Source: Ascoidea asiatica JCM 7603 | Lineage: Eukaryota > Fungi > Ascomycota | Assembly: GCA_001600695.1 (NCBI GenBank) | Contig: BCKQ01000005.1 | Coordinates: 339,306 to 403,305 of the forward strand | Reading direction: 5' to 3' | DNA length: 64,000 nt | Part shown: positions 23,622 through 35,886 of the stretch, in pieces | Layout of the letters: the number at the start of each line of letters is the position of its first letter | Position numbering within the stretch: the stretch's first letter is position 1 | The notes under the pieces: model-generated | Told to the model about the DNA's origin: nothing | What the model saw: the letters and a program-made list of their open reading frames with translations, nothing else | Database searches by the model: none | Translations under genes and position numbers: made by a program

Positions 23622-23790
23622 TGAAGACCAAAAGTATGGTACTCTTACAATGAGGCCATCTTTGAGGTACTTTTTATTTAGAGACCATATTCATGGGATT
23701 TCTTTTTTTGAGACCAGGATTCAGGTAGCTCTTATTTGAGACCATTTTTATGGTATCTTTTGAGATGAGACCACTCCCGTGGCACTCTTC
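23622..23790. repeat. Six-unit phased array of an imperfect palindrome (GAGACCA-N6-TGGTACTC consensus), period 28-29 bp, upstream of PGK1
   Basis: CCA half-sites start at 23628, 23656, 23685, 23714, 23742 and 23771. Each is followed after exactly 6 variable nt by (T/A)GG. Confidence 0.85.
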
Positions 23791-23960
23791 CCCCGGGCTC
23801 ACCTTGCTATGGCTGTTGTGGGCTGTTGGGTGATGATTGGCGGCGAGCGAGTGAGCTGCACCTTGTTCACTGCCATCACCACACTCATCTCTAGTTTACT
23901 GCATTTATTGTACTAAATTAACTAGAAGAATACCCACTGGACCCACTTGACCCTCACTGT

Positions 23961-23972
23961 GATATATAAATA
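23961..23972 (+). promoter_or_regulatory. TATA box of PGK1
   Basis: GATATATAAATA about 190 bp upstream of the ATG. Confidence 0.6.
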
Positions 23973-24158
23973 CTTCCAACTTTCTCTATTTATTGAACTG
24001 GGCTTTATCTTTTATTTCAATAATTTCAACTTTTATTAGAATTATTATTATAAATTAAACTATTATATTATATTTTATAAACTATTGAATACTATTTTTA
24101 TTAATATTATTATTATATTTAAACTCAATTAATCCAATTTAATCTTAAATACTCAATT

Positions 24159-25409
24159 ATGTCTCTTTCAAATAAATTATCTGTTAAAGATTTAGAATTA
24201 ACTGGTAAAAGAGTTTTTATTAGAGTTGATTTTAATGTACCTTTAGATGGTAAAAAAATTACAAATAATCAAAGAATTGTTGCTGCTTTACCAACAATTA
24301 AATATGTTTTAGAAAAAAATCCAAAAGTTGTAATATTAGCTTCTCATTTAGGTAGACCAAATGGTAAAGTTACTGATAAATTTTCTTTAGCTCCAGTTGC
24401 AACTGAATTAGAATCTTTATTATCTCAAAAAGTTACTTTCTTAAATGATTGTGTAGGTGATGATGTATTAAATTCTGTTAATTCTGCAAAAGATGGTTCA
24501 GTAATTTTATTAGAAAATTTAAGATTTCATATTGAAGAAGAAGGTAGTCAAAAAATTGATGGTAAAAAAGTTAAAGCAAGTAAAGATGATGTTACTAAAT
24601 TTAGAAATCAATTATCATCTTTAGCTGATATTTATATAAATGATGCTTTTGGTACTGCTCATAGAGCTCATTCTTCAATGGTTGGTTTTGATTTACCACA
24701 AAGAGCTTCTGGTTTCTTAATGTCAAAAGAATTAACTTTTTTCGCAAAAGCTTTAGAAAATCCAGTTAGACCTTTCTTAGCAATTTTAGGTGGTGCTAAA
24801 GTTTCTGATAAAATTCAATTAATTGATAATTTATTAGATAAAGTTGATATTATTATAATTGGTGGTGGTATGGCTTTTACTTTTAATAAAGTTATTAGTA
24901 ATATGTCTATTGGTACATCTTTATTTGATGAAGCTGGTTCCAAAACTGTTCCTGCTTTAGTTGAAAAAGCTAAAAAAAATAATGTTAAATTAGTTTTACC
25001 AATTGATTTTGTTACTGCTGATAAATTTGATAAAGATGCTGAAACAAGTTATGCAACTTTAGAACAAGGTATTCCTGATCAATGGATGGGTCTTGATGCT
25101 GGTCCAAAATCAATTAAATTATTTGAAGAAACAATTTCTGAAGCTAAAACTATTGTATGGAATGGTCCACCAGGTGTTTTTGAATTTGAAAAATTTGCTA
25201 CTGGTACAAAATCAATGTTGGCTGCTTGTATTAAATCTTGTGAAAATGGTAATACTGTTATTGTTGGTGGTGGTGATACTGCTACTGTTGCCAAAAAATT
25301 TGGTGGTGCAGATAAATTATCTCATGTATCTACTGGTGGTGGTGCATCTTTAGAATTATTAGAAGGTAAAGCTTTACCAGGTGTTGTTTTCTTATCTGAT
25401 AAAGAATAA
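24159..25409 (+). CDS. PGK1: Phosphoglycerate kinase
   Basis: [45 protein letters not shown]. Confidence 0.99.
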   Translation: MSLSNKLSVKDLELTGKRVFIRVDFNVPLDGKKITNNQRIVAALPTIKYVLEKNPKVVILASHLGRPNGKVTDKFSLAPVATELESLLSQKVTFLNDCVGDDVLNSVNSAKDGSVILLENLRFHIEEEGSQKIDGKKVKASKDDVTKFRNQLSSLADIYINDAFGTAHRAHSSMVGFDLPQRASGFLMSKELTFFAKALENPVRPFLAILGGAKVSDKIQLIDNLLDKVDIIIIGGGMAFTFNKVISNMSIGTSLFDEAGSKTVPALVEKAKKNNVKLVLPIDFVTADKFDKDAETSYATLEQGIPDQWMGLDAGPKSIKLFEETISEAKTIVWNGPPGVFEFEKFATGTKSMLAACIKSCENGNTVIVGGGDTATVAKKFGGADKLSHVSTGGGASLELLEGKALPGVVFLSDKE

Positions 25410-25708
25410 GTTTTCTTTTTTATCTAAAACCCATTTATTAAATTTCTTGAGTCTCAAATAACTTGACCTATTTATTTTCCTCATTAAGTTTCCGATATTA
25501 TATATCCAAATACAGTATATACATTTTCTACTATTTCTTTTCTCTTTTTTTTTTTATACCAATTTTAATGAATTTACAATGATTTATATGAATTTTAACT
25601 ATTAAAAGTTTTTCAAATTTTGTTATATGTATGCAGTACAGGAAGAAATGTTTTTGAATTTTGAGTTTTTTTTTTTTATTTTTTTATTATTTTACTATTT
25701 TCTAAGTT

Positions 25709-25988
25709 CTATCGTCTATATACTTTATCTAAAGAATTTAATGAATTCATCATTACCATAACTTCATTACTATTTTCTTTTAAATTATTCGAAGAATTCA
25801 AGACATTTTTCTTTGTTGAAATTTTAATTTCATTTGCATAAAGTCTTAAAGATTTTGCAACTGGTCCACCTTTACTTAACATATTCAGTAATAAAGTACT
25901 AAAATTTATACTCATTTCATTCCAATAATAATTTATTAAATTTTTATTATTTAAATTACTATTTTTTATTAAATATTCATATAAATTA

Positions 25989-26048
<60 letters not shown>

Positions 26049-27178
26049 GTAGTAGTAGTAGTAGTAGTAGTATTACTAGCAGTATTTGATTGAAGAAAAT
26101 TAGACCAAAAATTTATTGAAATTTTGTCAGAATTTTGAGAATTATAAATTGGTAAATTAATTGAATTTAATATTGAATTACAAAAATCATTTAAAAAAAT
26201 AGCAATATTTGAAATTCTATTCATTGTTGAATCAAAATTTCTTGGAGATGTTAAAACTTTTGAGAATAAATTTATTGAATAATTTAAATTATTTGATAAC
26301 ATTGAATTAAAAGAAATTAATAAAGAATTTTGATCAATTATATATAAAGATAAAAATAATAATTTAATATTATTTTTATTTTTTTCAATATTTTTTGAAC
26401 TAAATTTATTATTATTAATTGAGAAATTTTGAATTAAATTTGAATAAATTTTAATTAAATTTAATTTATAAGAAGATAATAAAGTTTTATAATCTTTAAA
26501 TAATTTTAAAGAATTTAAATTATCATTTTTTAATAAATTATTTAAATAATAATAGTTTTTAATTAAATTTATATTAAATAAAGAATCATTTGATTGAAAA
26601 TTATTTTCAATAGAATTTTCAATAGAATTTTCAATAGAATTTTCAATAGAATTTTGAAAATTATTTTGAATATCATTATAAATATTAATAAAAGAAGTGA
26701 ATAAATTTATGAAATAAATAAAATTTTTTAACAAATTTGAAGTATTATAAATTTTTGTTAAAGAATTATTTAATTTTTTATAATTATTAAAAGGAATTAT
26801 TAAATTTTTATCAATTTTTTCAAATTGAGAATTTAAATGATCAATTGAAGGTAATAAATTTGAATTAATTAAATGATTAAATTTAAAATTTTTATTAAAT
26901 TCATCAATTAAAAATTCATAATTTGTAGAAGAAATTGAATTTAATTTTTCATTAACTTCTAAAATATCAAAATTTAATTTTTTAATTGGATTTTTTATAT
27001 CTAAAGTAGCATCAGAAGAAGAAATATTGTCATTTAAAATATAATCATTATTCATTGAAGATAATAAAGAATTTGCATAAGTAATTGGTTGGAAATCATC
27101 ATTTGTAAAATCTTTGAACTCATCTAATTCTTTATCCAAAACCTCTAAACTTGAATCTATGATTTTAGTGTTGTCCAT
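25709..27178 (-). CDS. COG5: Conserved oligomeric Golgi complex subunit 5
   Basis: N-terminal F.PITYANSLL and KKLNFDI coiled coil; C-terminal YYW..S and GGPVAKSLR; contains poly-N and SIEN repeat expansions. Confidence 0.8.
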
Positions 27179-27439
27179 CTTTGGTGGATTGCAATTGAAG
27201 TCCTGAATGAACCTCTAAGAAGATATGATATGGTATGATATTATATCAATCGATTGATATATTTTATTTCATTGAAAGCATCTATTGATATTTCAATCAA
27301 TGATATTTCAGTCAATAATATTTCAGTCAATAATATTTCAAATCAGATATATTTCAATCAGTATCCAAAACCAACAAAACCCTTTCAATCTCCAATCTCC
27401 AATCTCCAATCTCCAATCTTCAATCTTCTCTCAGCGCTC

Positions 27440-28070
27440 TTTTGTAACGTCAACGTTGAAGTTAAGAAAAAAACTGTCACCCGGCGGTTAAAGGAAAGCA
27501 CCGGGGAAAAAAGCAGCGGAGGCGGAAACGCGGACAGGAACTGGGTTGAAACTAAAAAAGGCAATCCACGACAACGGAACAGCAGCGGAAACCACTACTG
27601 TGGATGTAATGCAACCACACCCGCTCTAACGCTTTTAAAGGTGTGCATATGCTTTGTTTTGCATGTAGAGACGTATGCAATCTTATGCCGCTAGATGCAT
27701 GGCACGAGGCGGCAAAAAAGGGTGTTCGTTAAAGTGTTCGTGAAGAGAGCAAAACACTGTTTGGCAACATATTTTTGAATTTGAGAAACTGGCAAAATGC
27801 TGGCTAGTTTTTTTTCAAATGTATGGAGGAATTTAACTGAAAATAATTACGCGTCTGTTCGTTAAGCTGTTTGCTAGAGGTTGTTTGCTCGCATACCGGC
27901 TCGTTCCAGACATTTTCAATTTTCACATCTTTTTGTATTAATTCAAAGTTACTCTTCTGTTAACTTTCGCTTTTTGAAATTTTTATCGTGAAATATTTTT
28001 TTGAAAAAAAATTTTGATGAAAATAAAACAATTTTGAAATAAAAAAAAAAAAAAAAAAATTTTTTTAGAG
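27440..28070. promoter_or_regulatory. Divergent COG5/KAP123 promoter: GC-rich island with a Reb1-like site, plus RRPE-like and poly(dA:dT) tracts
   Basis: TCACCCGG at about 27477; TGAAAAAAAATTTT at about 28002; long A-tract at about 28041-28059. Confidence 0.45.
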
Positions 28071-28411
28071 TGATCTGTTTAAAAAACTGTTTAATATATA
28101 TTAATATATACCTTCCTCAGATTAATTTATTATTTCTTAATGAATTATAAAAATTTCATCTTTTCATTTATTCATTTATTTATTCATTAATTCATTAATT
28201 TATTTTCTTTCTTCATTTCCCTAATCTTCTTCATTTCGGTTTGATATATTCTTTATTCAAATATTCAATATTTAGTAATCAATAATCAATAATCAATAAT
28301 CAATCATCAATTAATAATATTTGGATTTTTTCATTACAGATATTAACTTAATAAATATTACTTGCTTTATAAATATTTCAAAATTCTACAATAATAAAAA
28401 CTTAATAAAAA

Positions 28412-31400
28412 ATGGATAATCAATACCTTGCTTCTTTAGAAGAAACTTTAAGATTGGCTACTTTACCAGATACTGATACAATTAAAAATGCAACTGCTAA
28501 TTTAAAAAAAAATTTCTATTCAGATTCAAAATCTTTACCTGCAATGATTCATATCTTTCAAAATCATTCTGATGATTCAATTAAACAAATAGCTGCTGTT
28601 GAATCAAGAAAATTAGTTCAAAAACATTGGGCTAATATTGATAATAATACTAAATCTCAAATTAGACCTTCTTTATTATCTCAAGCTTTATCAAATTCAA
28701 ATTCAAAATTATTTAATCATAATATTGCAAGATTAATTACTTCAATTGCTGATATAGATTTATCAAAAGGTAATTGGAATGAATTATTACCAACTTTAGT
28801 TTCAAATAGTACTGAAAATATAAATCAAAATGCAATTTATATCATTTATACTCTTTTAGAATCTTATAATCCTGTTATATGTAAAAAAGAATATGTTAAT
28901 GATTTATTATCTTTATTTGCTAAAATTTTAACTGAACAATCAATTGATTTAGATTTAAAAACAACTGCTTTATTATCTTTATCTTTAATTGCAACTGTAA
29001 TTGAATCAAGTGGTGATAATGATCATGATCATGAAGATAATGATCAACATGATCATCCTCATGATGATGATGAATCTTATGCTGAAAAAGAAATTGATGA
29101 AACTTTAGCTGCAAATTTTCAATCTTTAATAACTCCAATGATTAATGTATTAAAATTAGTTGTTCAATCAAATGATACTATTAATGCAAAAGAAGTATTT
29201 AATGCTTTTAATGATTTTATTTATCTTGATAATAAATTATTAGGTGATAATTTATTAACTTTAATTAATGTAATGTTTGAAATTGCTTTAAATAAAAATA
29301 ATGTTGAAGAAGAAATTAGAGTAATGGCTTTAACATTTTTATCTCGTGTAATTTCATTAAGAAAAACAAAAGTTACTCAAAATAAATTAGGTCCATCTTT
29401 TACTTTATCTACTCTTAAAATTGCTTCTGAACCTGTTGATATTGATGATGAATTAAATAATGAAGATGAAGATAATGAAAATGAAGAAAGTACTCCTGGT
29501 GCTTTAGCCTTAAAACTTTTATGTGATTTATCAACTGAATTACCTCCTTCTCAAACTATTTTACCTTTATTTGAAACTTTACCTTCTTTATTAAATTCTT
29601 CTGATAAATTTGAAAGAAGAGCTGGTATATTAGCTATTGGTTTAACAACTGGTGGTGCTCCAGATTATGTTAATATTCATTTATCAAAATTAATTCCACT
29701 TTTAATTAATGGTTTAAAAGATTCAGAGTTAATTGTAAAATTAGCAACTTTAAAAACTGTTAGTGAATTAACAACTGAATTACAAGATGGTATTACTGAA
29801 TATCATGAACATTTATTACCTTTAATAATTGAAATTATTGATTCTGCAACTAATATTATGGTTTATAAAAATGCAACTTTTGCTTTAGATGGTTTAATTG
29901 AATATATGAATCATGATGCTATTTTAATTTATTTAGAACCATTAATGAATAAACTTTTCCAAATGTTGCAAAATTCTGATTCTCCTTCTTTAAGTACTGC
30001 AATTGTTTCTGCTATTGGTTCAACTGCTTTTGCCGCAGGTAAAGCTTTTATTCCATATTTTAATCAGTCTTTACAATTATTAGAACCATTAATACATTCT
30101 CAATCTGATCCATCTAAAAAAGATAGTGAACTTCCAGAAGTTGAAATTGAATTAAAAGCTTCAACATTTGAAAATATTTCAACTATGGCTAGAGCTGTTG
30201 GTCCAGAACCATTTGCCAAATTTGCTGAACCTTTAGTTAATTCTGCTTATAATTCCATGAATTCGGATGCTCCAAGATTAAGAGAATCTGGTTTCGCTTT
30301 TGTTTCAAATATGGCTAAAGTTTATGGTAAAGATTTTACTCCATTTTTAGAAAAATTAGTTCCAGAAATTTTCAAATGTTTAGAACAAGAAGAAATTAAT
30401 GCTGATGAATTAGTTAATGAAATTGATCCAAATGATTCAACATTTTCTGTTCAAGATATTATTGATGGTGCTGCTGGTGAAGATGAAGATGATTTAGATG
30501 GAAAATTTCAACTTCATACTGGTATTACTATGGAAAAAGAGATTGCAGCTTTAGCTTTAGCTGAATTAGCTATTGCTACAGGAAATGATTTTGCTAAATA
30601 TATTGAAAGTTCTATAAAAATTCTTAATGATCAAATTGATAATTCTTTTGGTATTGTTCAAGCAGCATTAAACTCTCTTTGGAAAATTGTTGTTGCAATG
30701 TTTAAAGCTAATTATATAAATCCAAGTGAAAATAAAGATATAATTAAATATCCAATTGGTGCAGTAACAGAATCTTATGTTAATTCTGATATTTTAGCTA
30801 TGATTAAATTAGCAAGATCTAAATCTTTAGAAACTTTACAAAATGAATATGGTTTAACTCTTGTTTATACAATTTTGGATAATTTTACTGAATCAATTAA
30901 AACAATTGGTCCAATAGCTATAATGGATAATGGAGATAGTTCTGAATTAGAACAATTATGTGTTGAATTAATGAAAATTATTAAAGGTGAACATCCATGT
31001 CAGATGGATGAAGATAAAATTGAAGAAGATGAGGATACATCAGAAATGGAAGCTTCTTTATATGATTCAGCTTTAGAAACTTTAGTTTCGTTATCAATAG
31101 CTTTAGGAACTGATTTTAATAAAGTATTTCAATCATTTAAAGATGTTATTATTGGTCAATTAAATAGTAAATCAAAAACTAAAAGAAGTTCAATTATTGG
31201 ATCTTTAGCAGAAATTTGTTTAGGATTAAAAGATTCAAATTCATATTCTAAAGAATTATTAGAAATATTTATTGGTATTTTAAGTAATGATAAAGCCTTA
31301 GATGTTAGAAGTAATTCAGCTTATGGTATTGGAATAATTATTGAAAATTCTTCAGAAGATTTTTCTTCAGTTTATCCAAATATAATGAATGAATTATCAA

Positions 31401-31885
31401 AATTATTAAATAAAACTGAAAAAGAAGCTAATAAACATATTGATGATGAAAATGGAACTGAAACTATCAATAGATCATATGCTAATGCATGTGGATGTGT
31501 TTCTAGATTAATTTTGAAAAATTCTTCAGTTATTCCATTAAGTGATGTATTACCAGTTTTAATTTCACATTTACCAATTGCTTCAGCTTTTGAAGAAAAT
31601 GCTCCAATATTTGAATTAATTTTAAAATTATATCAAGAAAATAATGCATATATTTTATCAGAAACTGCAACTGTTGTTGGTATATTTTCTGCTGTATTCA
31701 AAAAAGAATTAGAAATTACTAAATTAGAAAATGAATCCACTTTAGGTAGAGAACAAAATATTGATACCTTAAAACAATTTCAAAGTCCAGAATTAAAAAA
31801 TAAAATTATTGAATTATTAAAATTCTTAGATGGTAAATATAATGGAATTGTCTCTAATGATGAAATTTTAAAAACTATTATTTAA
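28412..31885 (+). CDS. KAP123: Importin beta-4 / karyopherin Kap123
   Basis: HEAT-repeat protein; KQIAAVESRK, ENISTMARAVG, RLRESGFAF, HTGITMEKE, STLGREQN. Confidence 0.93.
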   Translation: MDNQYLASLEETLRLATLPDTDTIKNATANLKKNFYSDSKSLPAMIHIFQNHSDDSIKQIAAVESRKLVQKHWANIDNNTKSQIRPSLLSQALSNSNSKLFNHNIARLITSIADIDLSKGNWNELLPTLVSNSTENINQNAIYIIYTLLESYNPVICKKEYVNDLLSLFAKILTEQSIDLDLKTTALLSLSLIATVIESSGDNDHDHEDNDQHDHPHDDDESYAEKEIDETLAANFQSLITPMINVLKLVVQSNDTINAKEVFNAFNDFIYLDNKLLGDNLLTLINVMFEIALNKNNVEEEIRVMALTFLSRVISLRKTKVTQNKLGPSFTLSTLKIASEPVDIDDELNNEDEDNENEESTPGALALKLLCDLSTELPPSQTILPLFETLPSLLNSSDKFERRAGILAIGLTTGGAPDYVNIHLSKLIPLLINGLKDSELIVKLATLKTVSELTTELQDGITEYHEHLLPLIIEIIDSATNIMVYKNATFALDGLIEYMNHDAILIYLEPLMNKLFQMLQNSDSPSLSTAIVSAIGSTAFAAGKAFIPYFNQSLQLLEPLIHSQSDPSKKDSELPEVEIELKASTFENISTMARAVGPEPFAKFAEPLVNSAYNSMNSDAPRLRESGFAFVSNMAKVYGKDFTPFLEKLVPEIFKCLEQEEINADELVNEIDPNDSTFSVQDIIDGAAGEDEDDLDGKFQLHTGITMEKEIAALALAELAIATGNDFAKYIESSIKILNDQIDNSFGIVQAALNSLWKIVVAMFKANYINPSENKDIIKYPIGAVTESYVNSDILAMIKLARSKSLETLQNEYGLTLVYTILDNFTESIKTIGPIAIMDNGDSSELEQLCVELMKIIKGEHPCQMDEDKIEEDEDTSEMEASLYDSALETLVSLSIALGTDFNKVFQSFKDVIIGQLNSKSKTKRSSIIGSLAEICLGLKDSNSYSKELLEIFIGILSNDKALDVRSNSAYGIGIIIENSSEDFSSVYPNIMNELSKLLNKTEKEANKHIDDENGTETINRSYANACGCVSRLILKNSSVIPLSDVLPVLISHLPIASAFEENAPIFELILKLYQENNAYILSETATVVGIFSAVFKKELEITKLENESTLGREQNIDTLKQFQSPELKNKIIELLKFLDGKYNGIVSNDEILKTII

Positions 31886-32669
31886 CTTTTCAAAAAAAAA
31901 TAATTAATTTTAAAAAAGATCTCCTTGTCATACGTCCAAGCTCGTTAACTTGTTTTCACCTATTATATGTTTTATTCATACTCTCGCACTCATTCCTGGT
32001 TAGCGCCTCATTTTTAGATTTATTCTTAACCAGTATAGTATCAATTTTGCTCTTTTAATTTTATTTAGTTTTATTTAATTTTAGTTTATTTTATCTAGTT
32101 GTCATTTTTCCCTTCAATTTCTCCCAATCTCTCCCCCCACCAATTTTTTCCTTATCTTTTTTTATAAAAATTCAATATTAATATTAATATCCTTTTTATT
32201 CCATACTTTAATCAACCCTTCATTCTGTCATTAACGTCTTTGTCATTCACCATTTTCCCATTTCTGGCTCTCTTTTGTATTTAGTTTTACGTATCATTCT
32301 TCAGTTTCCTCTTTAAAAAATGGATTATCCAAAATTGTTCCACTTTTTGTAGTTGTTTTTGTAGTTGTTTTGTTTTCTGTCTGTCCAGTACAAAGCGTTA
32401 CAGAGTGACAGAAGGCCGAATGTTGGGTGCTCCGTTTTAGTAATTTTTCAATAAACCACCCAAACAGAAACTGAATTCAGTTTTAGTTTTGTAAATTGAA
32501 GTAAAAAATGAAATAAAAATGAAATAAAAATGAAATTAAAATGAAATAAAAACAGGATTTCAAAAGAATTCAAAGGGGATTCAGGATCATTAGAATCGAA
32601 TAGTTTAAAGTTTTAACTCCATTGAATTTGTATCAAGTATAATTCAATTCATTCAGAGAATTTAAAGAA

Positions 32670-34442
32670 ATGGCTGAGCAGACTTTAAGTCAAAGAAAGA
32701 TACCTTTAAGTGATAAGCCCAAAGAAACAATAAGTGTCAAAGATAGTAACGATATAAAAGATGTGGAGTTGAAAAATGGAATTGAGTCTGAAAAAGATCA
32801 TTTTGATAAGATATCAACTTCAGAGCCTGATAATTCTCTTCCTCCAGCAGTTGTGATTCAATATTTAGTGACAATAAGAGTACTAAATGCTTTTACCATA
32901 GCAACTTTTTTTCAGCCTGATGAATTTTATCAATCATTAGAAGTTGCTCATAATTTTGTCTATGGATATGGAGATTTAACTTGGGAATGGTTAACTGAAT
33001 TAAGAAGTTTCAATTATCCCTTTATATATTCATTATTATTTCAATTTTCAAATTTATTGGATTTAGGATATGTCGGTGTTTATATTTTTCCTAAAATTTT
33101 CAATGGAATAATTGCTGGAATAAGTGATTATTATTTATATACACTTGCAAGAAATTTAAATTTATTCAATTCTTCTTCAAAAAATGAACAATTTGCAAGG
33201 TATGTTTTATTAGCAACTATTGCTTCAACTTCTAATTGGTTTTTTATTACCAGAAGTTTTTCTAATAGTCTTGAAATGATTTTAACTACAATTGCTTTAA
33301 GTTATTGGCCCTTTGATATAAAAGTATCATATTCTCCAAAAAAAATTTTAAATTCTTTAATTACTTCTTTATCAATTGCTTCAATTGCATGTATAATTAG
33401 ACCAACCAATGGTTTAATTTGGTTAGTACTTGGCTTAAATTTTTTATTATCAAATTTCAAAAATAATTCAATCAATTCAAATTTTAAAATAACTGTTTTA
33501 ATATATACAGTTTTAATTGCAATATTATCAATAACTTTAAATACTATAATTGATTATTATTATTATAATAAATTAACATTTCCAATGAAAAATTTTTATA
33601 AATTTAATTTATTAAATTCATATTCAGATTTTTATGGAACAAATTCAATTTTATTTCATTTTATTCAAAGTTTACCATTTTTATTAACAACTTATTTACC
33701 TTTTGTTATATTCTCATCAATTAAATTTCCAAAATTTAAACAATTATTCAATTCTATTATAATTCTAGTAATATTTTTTTTCTCTATTATAAATCATAAA
33801 GAAATTAGATTTATTTATCAATTAATGCCATTTTTTTCAATTTATACTGGTTTTGGTTTTTATAAATTATCTCAATCAAGTTCAAGAAACTTTAATTTTG
33901 TCAGGAAGTATTATATTTATTTAATACTTATTTTAAATTTATTATTAAGTTTATTTTTAACTCAGGTTCATGAAAGAGGTGTAATTGATTTAATTAATTT
34001 TTTACATGATAATGTGGATGTTGAATCAATAGGATTTTTAACACCATGTCATTCAACACCTTTACAATCTCATTTACATCGTTCAGATTTATCAAATAAA
34101 ATTTGGTATTTAAATTGTGATCCACCAAATATCAATAATAATGAGATAATCGATTTGAAAAATTATAAAGATGAATCTGATATATTTTATGAAAATCCAA
34201 AAAAATTTTTATTTCAAAATTTACCACCTGTATTTAAAAAAGATTTAAGAACTCCTGGTAGAGTTTATAAATATGAATGGCCAACTCATTTGATTTTTTT
34301 TGAAAGTTTAGAAGATGAAATCAAAGATTATATAAAAGATAGTAAATATGAAGAATGTGCAAGATTTTATAATACATGGTTTCATTGGGATAATAGAAGA
34401 CAAGGTGATGTAATTGTTTATTGTAAATGGCCATGGGAATAA
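32670..34442 (+). CDS. GPI10: GPI mannosyltransferase 3 (PIG-B)
   Basis: TFFQPDEFYQSLE, LTWEW, IRPTN, HKEIRF, FLTPCHSTPLQSHLH, HWDNRRQGD. Confidence 0.95.
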   Translation: MAEQTLSQRKIPLSDKPKETISVKDSNDIKDVELKNGIESEKDHFDKISTSEPDNSLPPAVVIQYLVTIRVLNAFTIATFFQPDEFYQSLEVAHNFVYGYGDLTWEWLTELRSFNYPFIYSLLFQFSNLLDLGYVGVYIFPKIFNGIIAGISDYYLYTLARNLNLFNSSSKNEQFARYVLLATIASTSNWFFITRSFSNSLEMILTTIALSYWPFDIKVSYSPKKILNSLITSLSIASIACIIRPTNGLIWLVLGLNFLLSNFKNNSINSNFKITVLIYTVLIAILSITLNTIIDYYYYNKLTFPMKNFYKFNLLNSYSDFYGTNSILFHFIQSLPFLLTTYLPFVIFSSIKFPKFKQLFNSIIILVIFFFSIINHKEIRFIYQLMPFFSIYTGFGFYKLSQSSSRNFNFVRKYYIYLILILNLLLSLFLTQVHERGVIDLINFLHDNVDVESIGFLTPCHSTPLQSHLHRSDLSNKIWYLNCDPPNINNNEIIDLKNYKDESDIFYENPKKFLFQNLPPVFKKDLRTPGRVYKYEWPTHLIFFESLEDEIKDYIKDSKYEECARFYNTWFHWDNRRQGDVIVYCKWPWE

Positions 34443-34587
34443 GTTAAATGTTTTAGAAAAAAAAATTTTAAAATGAAAAGAGCAAAAAGCAAAAAATATA
34501 AAAAAAAATATAAAAAAAATAAATAAAAAATGAATGAGAATTATGTACAGTATGATAAGCTTATTTTAATTGATTTTTTTTTTTTTT

Positions 34588-35886
34588 TTAAGAAGAATAA
34601 ATTTTTAAAATTTCATTTGAATCTATTTGAATTTTTGAAAGATAAGAAGTTCTTGAATTTAAAAAGTTTTTATATAATTGCAAATTTTTTAATTTTGTTA
34701 ATAATAAATTTTTTATAGAATTAAAAGCACTCTTAGCATTCGATAAATCATTTAATAATATATAAGAATCAAATTGACCAATTAAACAATTTATATCAGA
34801 TTGATCTAAATCATAACCTAATTTAAACCATTCTAAAGCTTTTATATTATTATTAAAATAATTTAATTCTAAAAAACCTAAGACATTAAAAGCATTTTTA
34901 AAAGCTTTTTGGGCTAAGATTTCTAAATGATATCTTGCTAATTTTGGATCAGTTTCAATATAAATTTGAGCTAAATAATAATGACTTTCTAAAGAATTTG
35001 AATTAATTTTTGAAGTATGATTGATTGTTAAAATTGATTGAGTGAAAAAGATCTTTGCAATTGAAATATTTGGTTTTTGAAAATTAATTATACCTAATTG
35101 TTTATAAACTTCTGCTAATAAATTATTATTATCTAAAGAATTTGAAGAATTTAAAGATAAAAATTTTTTATAACAATATTCTGAGTTTAAAAAATTTTTA
35201 TTATTGAAAAATAAATCACCTAATAATTTTATTGTTAATGGATGATTAATATTATATAATTGAAGAATTAAAGAAACTGCATAATTCTTTTCTTCAATTT
35301 TTTCTTCAAATTTTTCTTTAAATTTTTCCTTATTATTTTCTTGTTCTGAATTTTTTGATTTTGATTGTAAAACATTGAAAGCTAATAGGGCAATGGCAGT
35401 ATTATCATTTAATTCAGCAGCAGCTTGAATTAATTCATTTTCAATATTTAATAGTGAAGTATTAATTTTATTTGAATCATATCTATAATTTTCTAAAATT
35501 TTTTTCATAATCATTAAATCTGAACCATTGATAAAATTTGGAATTTTAATATCATTTTTTTCACTATTGAAATTATTATTATTATTGTAACTATTGTTAT
35601 TAATTGAATCATTGAATAATTTATATATAGGCAATAATTTTTTATATGAATGGGAAGATCCTAAATCAAATAATTGATTTTTGATATATTTTTTGGGAGG
35701 TAAAATCTCAGATAAAACTATATTTTTTTCGTTATTATTACTATTTTTATCATTATTATTATTATCATTATTATTATTATTGAATAAAGAAAGTAAAGAG
35801 AATGAAAGGGAATTAGATTTTATTGAAGAAGGTATATTAATGATTTTTGGTGAAATTGAAGGAAGTGGTTTAAGTAATGAAAACAT
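34588..35886 (-). CDS. MSS2: Mitochondrial inner-membrane TPR protein Mss2 (Cox2 export)
   Basis: ELIQAAAELND, HPLTIKLLGD, LGFLELNYF, ALEWFKLG. Adjacent to KIN28 in the same orientation as in S. cerevisiae. Confidence 0.75.
   Translation of the reverse strand: MFSLLKPLPSISPKIINIPSSIKSNSLSFSLLSLFNNNNNDNNNNDKNSNNNEKNIVLSEILPPKKYIKNQLFDLGSSHSYKKLLPIYKLFNDSINNNSYNNNNNFNSEKNDIKIPNFINGSDLMIMKKILENYRYDSNKINTSLLNIENELIQAAAELNDNTAIALLAFNVLQSKSKNSEQENNKEKFKEKFEEKIEEKNYAVSLILQLYNINHPLTIKLLGDLFFNNKNFLNSEYCYKKFLSLNSSNSLDNNNLLAEVYKQLGIINFQKPNISIAKIFFTQSILTINHTSKINSNSLESHYYLAQIYIETDPKLARYHLEILAQKAFKNAFNVLGFLELNYFNNNIKALEWFKLGYDLDQSDINCLIGQFDSYILLNDLSNAKSAFNSIKNLLLTKLKNLQLYKNFLNSRTSYLSKIQIDSNEILKIYSS

Noticed and set aside
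23622-23790. CRISPR-like repeat/spacer array
   Set aside because: Eukaryotic locus with no cas genes, degenerate repeats and variable parts of only 6-10 nt. It is better explained as a binding-site array.
27254-27694. 146-aa and 68-aa ORFs
   Set aside because: They arise from short tandem repeats and a GC-rich promoter island, with non-ATG or weak starts.
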